Assembly: GCA_963786955.1 (NCBI GenBank)
Contig: CAWBAT010000008.1
Location: forward strand, 448,001-512,000
DNA: 64,000 nucleotides
Origin: an uncultured Acidimicrobiia bacterium
GTDB lineage: Bacteria; Acidobacteriota; Terriglobia; Versatilivoradales; Versatilivoraceae
Reading direction: 5' to 3'
Numbering within the stretch: position 1 is the stretch's first letter; every line of letters begins with the position of its first letter. Under the pieces are notes generated by a model. It was not told where the DNA came from. It ran no database searches and worked only from the letters and a program-made list of their open reading frames with translations. Shown piece after piece: positions 47,602 to 58,060 of this stretch. A program made the translations under genes and the position numbers.

Positions 47602-48777
47602 GTGGAAATACGCAAGACAACCTCAGTTTCTGTTCTTTCAGAAAATCTGAGAAAGAAGATTGTTGATTTTAGATTGAGGCTGGCCATGGTTCACGCAGGT
47701 TATCCGGACCCATCTACCGGCTATCCACCCATGTCCAGTGAGTGGGGAGTGTTTCCGCAAGCTCCTGTCGTGCGCTCAACAGCTTTCTACGGCAGCGAGG
47801 CTTTTTCCTACAACCATCACCAGTCGCTTACCAAGTTTAAGGGAAGGTACGTGGTTTCCTGGAGTAGCGGATTGAAACATGAAGACCACCCGGGCCAGGA
47901 AATTCACTACTCAACATCCTCCAACGGTCTAGACTGGGAAAAGGAAAAGGTGCTGGTACACTCGGATCCAGACTCAAGAATCGTCAGACACAACCACGGA
48001 ATCTATGCGACGGAGACACATCTATATATGTTGGTTGGTGTCTGTAATACACGCGGGAATACCCAGCTGGGGATGTGTTCCATGGATGCTGAGAGGCTGT
48101 GGATCGATGTGTATGAAACTGAAGACTTGCAGATTTGGAAACATCATGAACGGATCACAGACAGGGTTTATTCCTTTGAGGAGCCGCGTCTGACTCGGTC
48201 TGGTAAATTGTTGTGCTTCGGGGCAGCTATCGATGATTGGGGACAAGGTTTAGTTCTTCTTTGGGATAAGGGAGCAAAGCCGACCGACATTCCGCGAACG
48301 ATAAAGATCCCCAAAACCGACGGTCTCGAGCCTTTGCAGGGAAGCTGGTACCAGACTGAGGATGGCAAAATCTGGCTGTTTTTGAGAGATGGCAGCTTTT
48401 CGTGCCGTCTAGCCTTAACTTGGAGTGAGGATGAGGGGGAAACTTGGTCAAAACCACTGCTGACGGATTTTCCCAATTCGAGCTCCCGTGTTTACGCGGG
48501 CAGGCTTGATGACGGCCGGTACTATCTCGCGGGCAATAATTTTGACCGGCTGCTGGAGCGTCGGTTCCTGCTGCTGGCCGTGAGTGAAAATGGGCAAACG
48601 TTTGACAACATGTACACGATTGTGTCTGGCGAGACTACCAGAAGGATAGAGGGAAAACATAAAGAGGATGGATATCACTATCCGAATTGCTATGTCGATA
48701 AGGGCAAACTATTTGTAACTTACTCGGTGAACAAGGAAAATATTGAGGTCGCCGAGATTGACACAAAGAGAATGTGA
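47602..48777 (+). CDS. Exo-alpha-sialidase-like BNR repeat protein
   Basis: YNHH, SSNGLDW, WSEDEGETWS, SENGQTF, YHYP. Confidence 0.7.
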   Translation: MEIRKTTSVSVLSENLRKKIVDFRLRLAMVHAGYPDPSTGYPPMSSEWGVFPQAPVVRSTAFYGSEAFSYNHHQSLTKFKGRYVVSWSSGLKHEDHPGQEIHYSTSSNGLDWEKEKVLVHSDPDSRIVRHNHGIYATETHLYMLVGVCNTRGNTQLGMCSMDAERLWIDVYETEDLQIWKHHERITDRVYSFEEPRLTRSGKLLCFGAAIDDWGQGLVLLWDKGAKPTDIPRTIKIPKTDGLEPLQGSWYQTEDGKIWLFLRDGSFSCRLALTWSEDEGETWSKPLLTDFPNSSSRVYAGRLDDGRYYLAGNNFDRLLERRFLLLAVSENGQTFDNMYTIVSGETTRRIEGKHKEDGYHYPNCYVDKGKLFVTYSVNKENIEVAEIDTKRM

Positions 48778-48800
48778 GCTGCGGTTGTTCTGCTTTGGGC

Positions 48801-50074
48801 ATGAATGAGATGAATCAGCATCTAACAAAACCATTGGTATCAAACTCAAGCGCCCAGCCAATCTGGAAGGACCCAGTGATCTGGTTCATTCTGGGTTTGT
48901 ACTTTGTCAGTACCTGTATCGTAAGTTTTCTCCCTGTCACCTTCCCGATTTTCAAAAAGGTTTTCGGCTCGACTTTGGAACAATTGGGCCGCATTCAGGT
49001 GTGCTATTACGGAAGTGCGGTCGTCTTTACTCTCGGGGGTGGGTGGTTCGTTAACCGCATGGGGTATAGACGCGCCACCGCCATTGCGTTAGCAGATATT
49101 GCGGCCTCGTTGGTCCTCATTGGCAGTGCTCAATCCTATGCGACGGTTCTCGTGGGTGCGTTTTGCTTCGGGTTGGGTGTTTTGTCGATTGCTGTCGCGA
49201 CGGCCTCAATAATTGGAGAGCACTTTAGTGCCCTACGACAGAGACTTTTTTTTCTGCAAGGGATTTGCGGTTCCGCCGGAAACATACTCGGTCCCGCTGC
49301 GTTGGGATGGTGGCTGGGGAACGTGGAGCGCCTCGGAAAAAGCTGGAGGGCCGGTTACTTCGGCACTGCACTCATTATTAGCCTATTGATTCTTTGGCCT
49401 TTGCTGCTTCGATCCAAGACCCTAGTCGAAGAAAGTAAGGATATCAAGGTCGCCCCGAGTGGGCACAAGTTTAGCGGTTAAGTCTATCCTTTACCATCCT
49501 GCCATGTACATGATTGTTTTACTGACATTTTCCACGGGATAACCGAAGGAGGAATGATTTCGTTTGTTGGACAGTTGTACCAGAAAAAGCTTGGTGTGGG
49601 ACCAGCCGAGGCAGCCTATTTTTTGAGTTCCCATGCTGCAGGATTCTTGGCTGGCCGTTCCCTGCTGAGTTGGATTGCTGCCCACTGGAAAATTCAAGAA
49701 CTGGCGCTCCTATCGGCTTGTGCGGCAGGCGGAACCATTTTCTTTGCCGCAACCATTCTTTCCTCAGATTATTTCTGGGGTGTCGTCTTTATGGGTCTTG
49801 CAGGCGTTTGCGTGTCAGGCAACGGTCCTTCCCTCAACTCCTATCTAGCATTGCGCTTTACAAACCAAGCCAAGAGCGCGTTTTCCTTGATGAGTGGAAT
49901 TAGCTATATCGGTGGGGCTGTGGGCCCATATCTGATCGGATACTTCGGCACCGATTTGGTCTAGAAAATAGTATCTGGATCAACCCGCTGTTCAGCTTCG
50001 CCTTGGCTGTATCAGCCCTCCTATGGTTTCTTAGGACAAGGTCAGCAGGAGTTGGGTTTCCGCTCGGGCGTTGA
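48801..50074 (+). pseudogene. MFS transporter with two single-base frameshifts (~49462 and ~49955)
   Basis: GWFVNRMGYRR motif A; frames rejoin through GTSLAVKSILYHPAMY and GLENSIWINPLF to give a full-length MFS. Confidence 0.75.
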
Positions 50075-50221
50075 GTTGATTGGACATCACCGTACTGGAG
50101 ACGATCACCATGGCAGGAAAGTCTGGGATAGACGTCGATTGCCACTCCAACCGAATCACAAAAGCGACAACATTAATAATGTCAGACGTACTTTTGGGGT
50201 TGGGGGCCTTACTGTTAGTCT

Positions 50222-52402
50222 GTGTACCTCCAGCATGGACAGTCGCCTCAGGCGCGGCAGCCGGTAAGTGTTGTTGTGGGAAGCGGCGCGCCGGAAATGG
50301 AGCAATTTGCAGCCTCCGAACTCTGCCACTACCTGGAGAAGCTCTTCGGCATCAGAATCCAGCCAACCACTACCCCGCCGAATTCCTCAGGGGTGCTCCT
50401 CCTTGTGGGCGGGCCCGAAAGCAACCTAGCGGTAAAGCAGGCAACGGCGAGGGAGCCATTTCCCAAAGTTACGGACCAAGGCATCGTGCTGCTGCACACG
50501 AAACTGGGAAAGCAACCGGCACTCATTGTAGGCGGCGGAAGCCCACGCGCGACACTGTGGGCGGTGTATGAATTAGTGGAGCGATGGGGAGTCCGTTACC
50601 TCGTGGACCGCGACGTATTCCCTGAACGTGTAGGCCAGTTCAAATTACCGGAATTGGATGTAGTGATGGAGCCTTTACTGCGAGTAAGGGCCCACCCAAC
50701 GCTTCAAGACTTTGCTTCCAGCGGTGAGTCGTGGGGCATCGCACATTTTAGTCCCTTGATTGACCAACTGGCCAAACTCAAGTTCACCCGAATGAACATC
50801 TATCCCTTTGGATGGCAACCGTTCCTCGACTATGAACTCCACGGAATCAAACGACACTCAGCCTGGCTGTGGTACGACTATCATTACCCTATCACGACAG
50901 ATATGCCTGGGCGAGAGCTCTTTGGGAATGCCGCAGAGTTTTGGAATCCTGATCTGCCGCTGAATGGGAGCTACGAGGAATTAGTGAAGGCAGGCCAGCG
51001 GCTCGTGCAAGCTTTGATCGACCACGCCAATCGGCGGGGAATGAATGTGGCCATCGGTGCGCCCACGACAGACTTTACGCCTGAGTTTGCGTCCATTCTA
51101 AAGGGAGCGGAGAAGAGCGGTTTGCGGACCGGGCGAACCATCGTGCCTGGCGCCAAGACTCCAGTGGACGATCCTCAATTGGAGGAGTTAGCGCTTACGA
51201 CGTTGCGCGCCACGATCAACACCTACCCTGGAGCCGAATACGTAACGGTATGGATGCCCGAGGTTCGTCAGTGGACCGGTGAGTATGAGCGAGCGTGGCA
51301 AGCACTGGACTCAAAATACGGGATTAACAAGATTCGGTCCCTGGAGGAGGTAATTGCTGCCGCCGAAAGGCGCAAGGGATCTGAAGTTCCGGTGCAGCGA
51401 GTCCTGAACGAGGTTAAAGGAGATATTACGAGTCTTTACTTTTACGACCGTCTGCTGGGAGGATCCAAAGCAATCGAGTACTTCCGTCGACCGAATCTCA
51501 AATTCATGTATTGGGGAGTATCAGAAGAATTGTTCCCCATTCTAGACCGCATCCTACCGCAAGGTTGGGAAATTGGGGTCATGCCGTCGAACCAACCAAG
51601 CCACCTTCTGGAGCGAATTGAGATATTGAAGGATCTGCCCTCTCAGAATCCAGGTGTGCTTGATCTGACCCTTGACGATGACAACATCGGTATTGTGCCT
51701 CAATTGACGACCAATTCACTTTACCAAATCGTCCAGGTGTTAAAGCGGAATGGCTGGGCTGGATTTGTAGCGCGCGAGCGTTTTCCGGGTGATCATGATT
51801 GGCCTTTGGCCTACCTGGCGAAAGCGGCTTGGGATCCGAATGCGAATCCCGACGCAGTAGGCCTTGACCTCTTTAGCGTTGTGTGCGGGACGCAGTGTGC
51901 AGAAAATATCATGACTGCGTTTCATGAAATCGAGTGTGTCACGACCTATTTGGGTGACAGCAATATGAATTTTTCGAAGGAAAGACGAGGAACTCTGATG
52001 AAGTACTGGAGACCTGGGCCGGTTCCCGCTTATTTAGCGGCAGTCAAGAATGGCTACCAACGGGCATTAGTTGCGGCAGAAAGGGCTCGGGAGAAAGCGA
52101 TACCGGGGGGGCGTGCTTACGTGGATTTCTGGGTAGGACGTTTGGAGTTTGCAGCGAGATACGCAGAGACAGTGCAGGAAGTCCACTATGGCGGAGCAGC
52201 AGAAATGGCTAATGACTATCGTGGAGCGTTGCATTATGCGGAACGAGCGAACGGTTCTCTGCGTCAAGGGCTGGAGGCCTATGCCAGGGTTGCTCGGACC
52301 CAAACAGACCGAGGCGCAATTGCCATGATCGATGAATTCGGTTACCGTCGATTGAACGCCAAGATTGCTGAATTGACCGAATTGGTCCAAGACTCGCAGT
52401 AG
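50222..52402 (+). CDS. Secreted GH-like protein (GH20/GH67-type N-terminal domain plus catalytic barrel); signal peptide appears frameshifted (ATG at 50179)
   Basis: EQFAASELCHYL, GGGSPRATLWAVYELVERWGVRY; paralog of 53477-55720. Confidence 0.55.
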   Translation: MYLQHGQSPQARQPVSVVVGSGAPEMEQFAASELCHYLEKLFGIRIQPTTTPPNSSGVLLLVGGPESNLAVKQATAREPFPKVTDQGIVLLHTKLGKQPALIVGGGSPRATLWAVYELVERWGVRYLVDRDVFPERVGQFKLPELDVVMEPLLRVRAHPTLQDFASSGESWGIAHFSPLIDQLAKLKFTRMNIYPFGWQPFLDYELHGIKRHSAWLWYDYHYPITTDMPGRELFGNAAEFWNPDLPLNGSYEELVKAGQRLVQALIDHANRRGMNVAIGAPTTDFTPEFASILKGAEKSGLRTGRTIVPGAKTPVDDPQLEELALTTLRATINTYPGAEYVTVWMPEVRQWTGEYERAWQALDSKYGINKIRSLEEVIAAAERRKGSEVPVQRVLNEVKGDITSLYFYDRLLGGSKAIEYFRRPNLKFMYWGVSEELFPILDRILPQGWEIGVMPSNQPSHLLERIEILKDLPSQNPGVLDLTLDDDNIGIVPQLTTNSLYQIVQVLKRNGWAGFVARERFPGDHDWPLAYLAKAAWDPNANPDAVGLDLFSVVCGTQCAENIMTAFHEIECVTTYLGDSNMNFSKERRGTLMKYWRPGPVPAYLAAVKNGYQRALVAAERAREKAIPGGRAYVDFWVGRLEFAARYAETVQEVHYGGAAEMANDYRGALHYAERANGSLRQGLEAYARVARTQTDRGAIAMIDEFGYRRLNAKIAELTELVQDSQ

Positions 52403-52463
52403 GAAAACGACTCGGAGTTGTTGACAACCATTGCCACCAGCGCCGAAATAGAGAGGTGCCGGC

Positions 52464-53291
52464 TTGAATCGGAGACAGTGCCTTGGTCTTGTTACGGGCG
52501 CAATGCTTGCTGCAAGGAAAGGATCTGACATGGCAGAGGCTGCAGTGCCACCCGGCAAGCTGCAAATGCGGACAGTGGGGCGCCAGACGCTGGGTTTCGA
52601 GCTGCCGCAACTTCCCGGTCAGGAATTTAGAATCGCTATCCCGGAATTGATTTCTGACAAGACGCAAGCAATCCTACCGTGGGGTTTCGCTTCGCCTGAT
52701 TTTAGGATCATGAAGAATTTGGCTCAGCTGGACATCGAGGTTTCAAATAAGCTCCGAATGGAAGCGAAGATCAGTTTTTTGGGCGACCGGATTGAAGCGC
52801 GTGTCCGGGCCACGAATCTTTCAGCTCGAGCTTGGGATGAACTCAATGCCTTCACTTGCTTTGCGTGTTACAAAGCCCCCTCCTTTCATGATCCTCAGTT
52901 GGTTCGGACCTACTTTCCCGTGGAAGGGAGGTGGAAGGCTGTTGCAGAGCTTTTTGCCGAGCAAAATCCGGGAAGCGATCCTTACACATTTTTTTCTGTT
53001 ACCGGCGGTCCTCAGCTGGAAGAGCTTTGGGCATGCCGGGAAATCCGGCAACGCCATCCCCAGTCCGCTTCAGGAGGCTGCGCATGCCTTGTCTCGACGG
53101 ATGGGAAGTGGATCGCTGGTATAACCACACAGAAACCTGCATTTCTTTTTAACAATCGGCAACTGAGCTGCATTCATGCAGACCCTTTGATGGGAAGGGT
53201 TTCTCCTGGTGAGACCAGTGAGGGACTCAGTACGATCTTCATTTTCCCGGGGACGAAAGAAGACTTCACGAAACGCTGTCACACAGCCTAG
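52464..53291 (+). CDS. Hypothetical protein with a twin-arginine-like N-terminus
   Basis: MNRRQCLGL; GAGG RBS; SCIHADP motif. Confidence 0.55.
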   Translation: MNRRQCLGLVTGAMLAARKGSDMAEAAVPPGKLQMRTVGRQTLGFELPQLPGQEFRIAIPELISDKTQAILPWGFASPDFRIMKNLAQLDIEVSNKLRMEAKISFLGDRIEARVRATNLSARAWDELNAFTCFACYKAPSFHDPQLVRTYFPVEGRWKAVAELFAEQNPGSDPYTFFSVTGGPQLEELWACREIRQRHPQSASGGCACLVSTDGKWIAGITTQKPAFLFNNRQLSCIHADPLMGRVSPGETSEGLSTIFIFPGTKEDFTKRCHTA

Positions 53292-53476
53292 CCGTCACGG
53301 CGAGTTCTTAGTTTCGCGGCTATTCGGGAGCCCGAGTCACAGAGAGAGGTGCAAGCAGCTCTGACAGAAATTTTTCGTGGCTTGAAAACTGACGTTCGGA
53401 TCGCGCCGATCTCTCCCAATGTGGGTGCTATACCAGCAACCAACGAGTATCGCCGAGTTGATAAAGGAGAAATTCA

Positions 53477-55720
53477 TTGAGTCACTACAAAAGGGTCCAG
53501 TACTTTATTCTTATGACCATCTGGATGGTTTGTATATCCGCACAAGCGGCGCCGCGGACCGAGGTCATCATAGGTGCATCGGCGCCGGACCTGGAGCGGT
53601 TTGCAGCCAGTGAACTGTGTGACTACTTGGTGAAACTGTACGGACTTCAGACCCACCCGAGGCAGAGCATGTCACCGTCTGCTGAGGCGGTTTTTCTGAT
53701 TGGCAGTCCTGAGACGAATGCGGCAGTGAAGCGGGCGACCGCGGAGCAGGGTTTCCCGAGGGTGACAGATCAAGGCATCGTGCTGCGGCGGACGAAGTTG
53801 GAAGGCCGTCCCGCGTTGATCGTCGGTGGAGGAAGTCCGCGAGCGACGCTTTGGGCAATGTACGAACTGGTGGAGCGTTGGGGGGTGCGCTACCTGACCG
53901 ACCGTGATGTCCTGCCGGAGAAGGTGGGAGAGTGCAGAGTCCCGGATCTGGATGTGGTAATGGAGCCGATCTTCCGTATTCGAGCTCACCCATCAATCCA
54001 GGATTTCGCGCCCAGCGGGGAAGCCTGGGGCATGGCGGACTTTCGCGTTTTGATCGACCAACTCGCCAAACTCAAGTTCACCCGCATGAATATATACACT
54101 TTCATGTACCAGCCCTACCTGCAATGGGAGTACAAGGGCATCAAGCGACGTTCCGCGTGGCTCTGGTACGATTATCACTATCCGATCACGCCGGACATGG
54201 TGGGGAGAGAACTGTTTGAGAATGCGGCGGAGTTCTGGAATCCCGACCTGCCGCTCAAGAGTAGTTACGAGCAGTTAATGGCAGCGGGCGAGCGGCAGGT
54301 GCACAACCTCATCGAGTATGCCCACCGGCGGGGGATGGAGTGTGACGTCAGTGCTTCCACTAACGATTTTCCTCCGGAATTTGCGCCGCTGCTGAAAGGA
54401 GCAGAGAAATCACAGCTCGCCGCCCGACCAGGCAAGAACACCCCGGTGGACGACCCGGAGGTCTTTGAATTATCTGCCGCAATCCTTCGCGCAACGGTCA
54501 ACACGTACCCGGAGGCAGACCGCGTGGCTGTGGCGATGCCGGAAGCAAAACAGTGGCTGGGTGAGTATGAACGCGCTTGGCGGGCGCTTGACGCCAAGTA
54601 CGGGATCAGCAAGGTACGCTCTCTTCCGGAGGTCACGGCGGCGGCGGGGCATCGCAAGGGATCGGGGCGCTGGCCGGGGGATCTCGGAGTGGAGCAGGTA
54701 AAAGCCGATCTCACTTCTCTCTATTTCTACGATCGCTTGCTGAATGATCCGAAAATTCTGCAGGACACCCTGCGCCCGGACATTAAGTTTATATACGGTG
54801 AACCTGCCGAGGAACTGTTCCCCATCCTAGACCGGATTCTTCCGAGTGGATCAGAAGTCGGAATCCACCCTGAGAATCAACCCGAGCACTTCCTACCGCG
54901 CGCGGAGATCCTCTCTACTCTAAATACAAAGAAGGTCCCCGGTTTCATGCATGTGACGCTTGACGACGACGTGGTCGGCCTGGTCCCGCAACTTCGGCCG
55001 ACCGTGCTGCACAAGGTCATTCAAGTGTTGCATCGCTATGGTTGGACCGGATTTGTGGCCCGGGAGCGTTTTCCGGGTGATCATGACGCCGTTTTGGCGT
55101 ACTTGTCCCGGGCGGCGTGGGACCAGAATGCAACGCCGGATGCTGTGACGCGCGACCTGATCCGAGCGGTTTGCGGGGAGGGATCTGTGGAGGACATGGT
55201 TGCTGCGCTCAATCTTGTGGAATCGGCAACCCTGACTTTGGCGACCGGCAGGGCCGAAGGCCCCGTAGCTGAGGGTGCCGTCTGGTCGCGGCGTCTCGAT
55301 GTTCCTTTTGCATTCTATGTGCCGGGGATGATGATGAAGTTCTGGAAGTCGCGGCCGATTCCGGCTTATCTGTCGAGCGTGCAGCGTGACTACGGGCAGG
55401 CGCTGGAGGCGGCCCGTCGGGCCGCGGCAAAGGCAAAACCGGAAGGACAATGGTATCCCGACTTCTGGGTGGGGCGGATCGAGTTTGCCCTCGGTTATGC
55501 GAACGCGGTTGAAGCCTTGTACCGGGGTGCAACGGCGGAGGCCGCCAAGAAACCGGGCGAGGCCCGGAGTGAGGTGGAGCAAGCCCTGTCGTCGCTGCGT
55601 GGCGGACTGGAAGCGTATGCCCGCGTGGCTCGCAACCGGACGGACTTGGGAGCCATAGCGGTAGTGAACGAATATGGGATTCGGGCATTTAAAGCTAAGA
55701 TTGCCGAATTGGGCAAGTGA
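53477..55720 (+). CDS. Secreted GH-like protein (paralog of 50222-52402)
   Basis: Sec signal ending AQA; ERFAASELCDYL, GGGSPRATLWAMYELVE; AAGGAG RBS. Confidence 0.6.
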   Translation: MSHYKRVQYFILMTIWMVCISAQAAPRTEVIIGASAPDLERFAASELCDYLVKLYGLQTHPRQSMSPSAEAVFLIGSPETNAAVKRATAEQGFPRVTDQGIVLRRTKLEGRPALIVGGGSPRATLWAMYELVERWGVRYLTDRDVLPEKVGECRVPDLDVVMEPIFRIRAHPSIQDFAPSGEAWGMADFRVLIDQLAKLKFTRMNIYTFMYQPYLQWEYKGIKRRSAWLWYDYHYPITPDMVGRELFENAAEFWNPDLPLKSSYEQLMAAGERQVHNLIEYAHRRGMECDVSASTNDFPPEFAPLLKGAEKSQLAARPGKNTPVDDPEVFELSAAILRATVNTYPEADRVAVAMPEAKQWLGEYERAWRALDAKYGISKVRSLPEVTAAAGHRKGSGRWPGDLGVEQVKADLTSLYFYDRLLNDPKILQDTLRPDIKFIYGEPAEELFPILDRILPSGSEVGIHPENQPEHFLPRAEILSTLNTKKVPGFMHVTLDDDVVGLVPQLRPTVLHKVIQVLHRYGWTGFVARERFPGDHDAVLAYLSRAAWDQNATPDAVTRDLIRAVCGEGSVEDMVAALNLVESATLTLATGRAEGPVAEGAVWSRRLDVPFAFYVPGMMMKFWKSRPIPAYLSSVQRDYGQALEAARRAAAKAKPEGQWYPDFWVGRIEFALGYANAVEALYRGATAEAAKKPGEARSEVEQALSSLRGGLEAYARVARNRTDLGAIAVVNEYGIRAFKAKIAELGK

Positions 55721-55788
55721 GGAAGAGGGAAACACTTACGGCAAGTTGATTTCGTATCGGGCTTCAAAATTCGGGAGGGAACAATACT

Positions 55789-56949
55789 ATGAAGATCACA
55801 AAGGTTAGCGCGCACGCGGTAGGAGTCGTCATCCCTAGACCTGGAGGTCCCGCCCCGCGAAGGAACTGGATCTTTGTGCGAGTGGAGACCGACGAAGGCC
55901 TCGTAGGGCTGGGGGAGGCGACCACTGAAAACTACGAACACGCGGTCCTCGGCATGGTGAATGACCAGTTTGGCCCTTACCTGGTTGGAAAGGACCCGAC
56001 AAAGATCACGCGCGCTTGGCAGGAGATGCAGCGGCTCTTCTGGTGGCGTGGTGGCGTGGTCGGTTCCAGCGCAGCCAGCGGCATCGAACAGGCGCTCTGG
56101 GACATCACCGGGAAAGCTTACGGTCAGCCGGTTTACAAACTGTTGGGGGGGGCTGTCCGCGATCGAGTGAGGGTCTATGTCCGCAACGACCTGGGATTGC
56201 CGGATGAGGTCGCCGAGATCAAGGCGGCGGCTCAGGAAGGCTTTACTGGATTCAAGACTGGCCTCGGAAAATATTACGATCCGTACGATGAGAACAAACA
56301 AGTCGACCGGGCGATAGAGTTGTATCATAAGCTCAGAGAGGCCGCGGGACCCGACTTCGACTTAATGGTCGATTGCTTGGGCAATTTCTCTCTGCAGGCT
56401 GCGTCGCGACTTATCCAGGGTATCCGCGACTTGCGCCTGTTGTTCGTGGAGGAACCGGTGAATGTGGACAATCCCCGCAACTTTGTGGCGCTGCGGCGGA
56501 CCTTCCCTGACGTCCGAATCGCGGCGGGCGAACGCCTGTATACCCGCTGGGGAGTTCGCGAGTGGCTGGAAACGGGAGCAGTCGACGTCCTTCAGGTTGA
56601 CATCACCCACTGCGGCGGTATCGGTGAATTGATGCGAATCGCAGCCTTCGCTGAGGTGTACAACGTAATGGTCGCTCCGCACAACCCTTATGGCCCTGTC
56701 GCGCTGGCCGCAAACCTTCATGCCTGTGCGGCCATGCCGAACTTTCTGATCCTGGAGCACTGGCGCTATCACTCCTTGTTCAATGAAGTTCAACAATTTG
56801 GTCCTCAGGTGGAGGGCGGCTGCGTGCATCTGAGCGATCGACCCGGACTCGGGGTTGAACTCAACTGGGACTATGTTGCCAAGCATCCATTTAAGACGCT
56901 TCCTCTTTACGACTTTAAAGAACGCGATGGGGGTATGGCGCTTGTTTAA
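55789..56949 (+). CDS. Mandelate racemase/enolase-superfamily acid-sugar dehydratase (DgoD-like)
   Basis: NWIFVRVETDEG, GIEQALWDITGK, EEP, AAGER, APHNPYGP. Confidence 0.88.
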   Translation: MKITKVSAHAVGVVIPRPGGPAPRRNWIFVRVETDEGLVGLGEATTENYEHAVLGMVNDQFGPYLVGKDPTKITRAWQEMQRLFWWRGGVVGSSAASGIEQALWDITGKAYGQPVYKLLGGAVRDRVRVYVRNDLGLPDEVAEIKAAAQEGFTGFKTGLGKYYDPYDENKQVDRAIELYHKLREAAGPDFDLMVDCLGNFSLQAASRLIQGIRDLRLLFVEEPVNVDNPRNFVALRRTFPDVRIAAGERLYTRWGVREWLETGAVDVLQVDITHCGGIGELMRIAAFAEVYNVMVAPHNPYGPVALAANLHACAAMPNFLILEHWRYHSLFNEVQQFGPQVEGGCVHLSDRPGLGVELNWDYVAKHPFKTLPLYDFKERDGGMALV

Positions 56950-58033
56950 GCATCTTCGAACAGTATCCCGCCGGAAGTTTGCCAAGGCAATGGCTAGCTT
57001 CGTCGTTGGCATGGGTTCAATTTCAAAACCTTTCCAGGCTAATTCGAAGAGTCTTCTCGCCAGCCAGGCAAGCTTGCTTGGTTCCGGCGACAGCAGCGCT
57101 GCGTCGGAGACTAATAAACCGGACAAAGGAGGGGGAATGAAAGCGCTTATGAATAGGGACACGATGGAGCCCTATGACCTCAGGCAGGTCGTCTACATCC
57201 ATGATGTCGATCACAATGAATCGCTTTCAGTAGGCCCAAAGGGAGAGGCTTACACCTGCGGTTTCAACACGGGCCGGGTGTTTAGGCTGGATCTCGCGAC
57301 CAACACGGGTCAGGCATTCGCATCTACCGGGGGGCGCCGGGTGCTGGGACAGGTGGTGGACGCAGATGGGAACCTTTACTGCGCCGAGCCGGAGAGCCCA
57401 GGCAGCAAGATCATTCGCATAGCGCCAGATGGGGGAAAGAGCGTGTACTGCACAGGTCCTCACGGCGGGAGTTTCATGTCGGCAAACACGCCCGCGTTCG
57501 ATCGCCACGGCAACATGTATCTCTCCGATACGGGCAGCTGGTCGCGAGAGATCGACGGTCATATTTACAAAATTCCACCCGGAGGCGGAGATGCCCATTT
57601 ATGGTTTCCGGAGCCGGTCGACACACCGAACGGAATCGCCATTGATGGTGGGGAGGAATACATCTACTTCGTGGAGACCTGGGGCCATAGCATCGCTCGA
57701 ATTGCCATCAAAAAGGACGGCTCGGCGGGACACTTCGAACGAATGGTCCACATGCCGCGACACGTGCCTGACGGGATCGCCTTTGATGAGCAGGGACGCT
57801 TGTGGATTGCCTGCGACCGTCCGGATGCCATTTACGTTTTCGACATCAGTAGCCGGAGACTTGAAGTGTTTGCCGAAGATTGGCAAGGCGGAGCGCTAAG
57901 AGGAGCCGATCATGTCGCATTTGCTGGGTCTCAACGTGACATTTTATTGGCTTCGTCGGTCGACCGGCCGAGAGTCCACCGCTTCGATCATCCTGGTGTT
58001 CGGGGTTTGAGACTCAACAATCCTAAACTCTGA
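56942..58033 (+). CDS. SMP-30/gluconolactonase family protein (possible Tat signal; alternative start 57137)
   Basis: SRRKF; PNGIA, PDGIAFDEQGRLW. Confidence 0.8.
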   Translation: MFKHLRTVSRRKFAKAMASFVVGMGSISKPFQANSKSLLASQASLLGSGDSSAASETNKPDKGGGMKALMNRDTMEPYDLRQVVYIHDVDHNESLSVGPKGEAYTCGFNTGRVFRLDLATNTGQAFASTGGRRVLGQVVDADGNLYCAEPESPGSKIIRIAPDGGKSVYCTGPHGGSFMSANTPAFDRHGNMYLSDTGSWSREIDGHIYKIPPGGGDAHLWFPEPVDTPNGIAIDGGEEYIYFVETWGHSIARIAIKKDGSAGHFERMVHMPRHVPDGIAFDEQGRLWIACDRPDAIYVFDISSRRLEVFAEDWQGGALRGADHVAFAGSQRDILLASSVDRPRVHRFDHPGVRGLRLNNPKL

Positions 58034-58060
58034 TTGTCTGCTGGGAGGGAAATACTTCAA

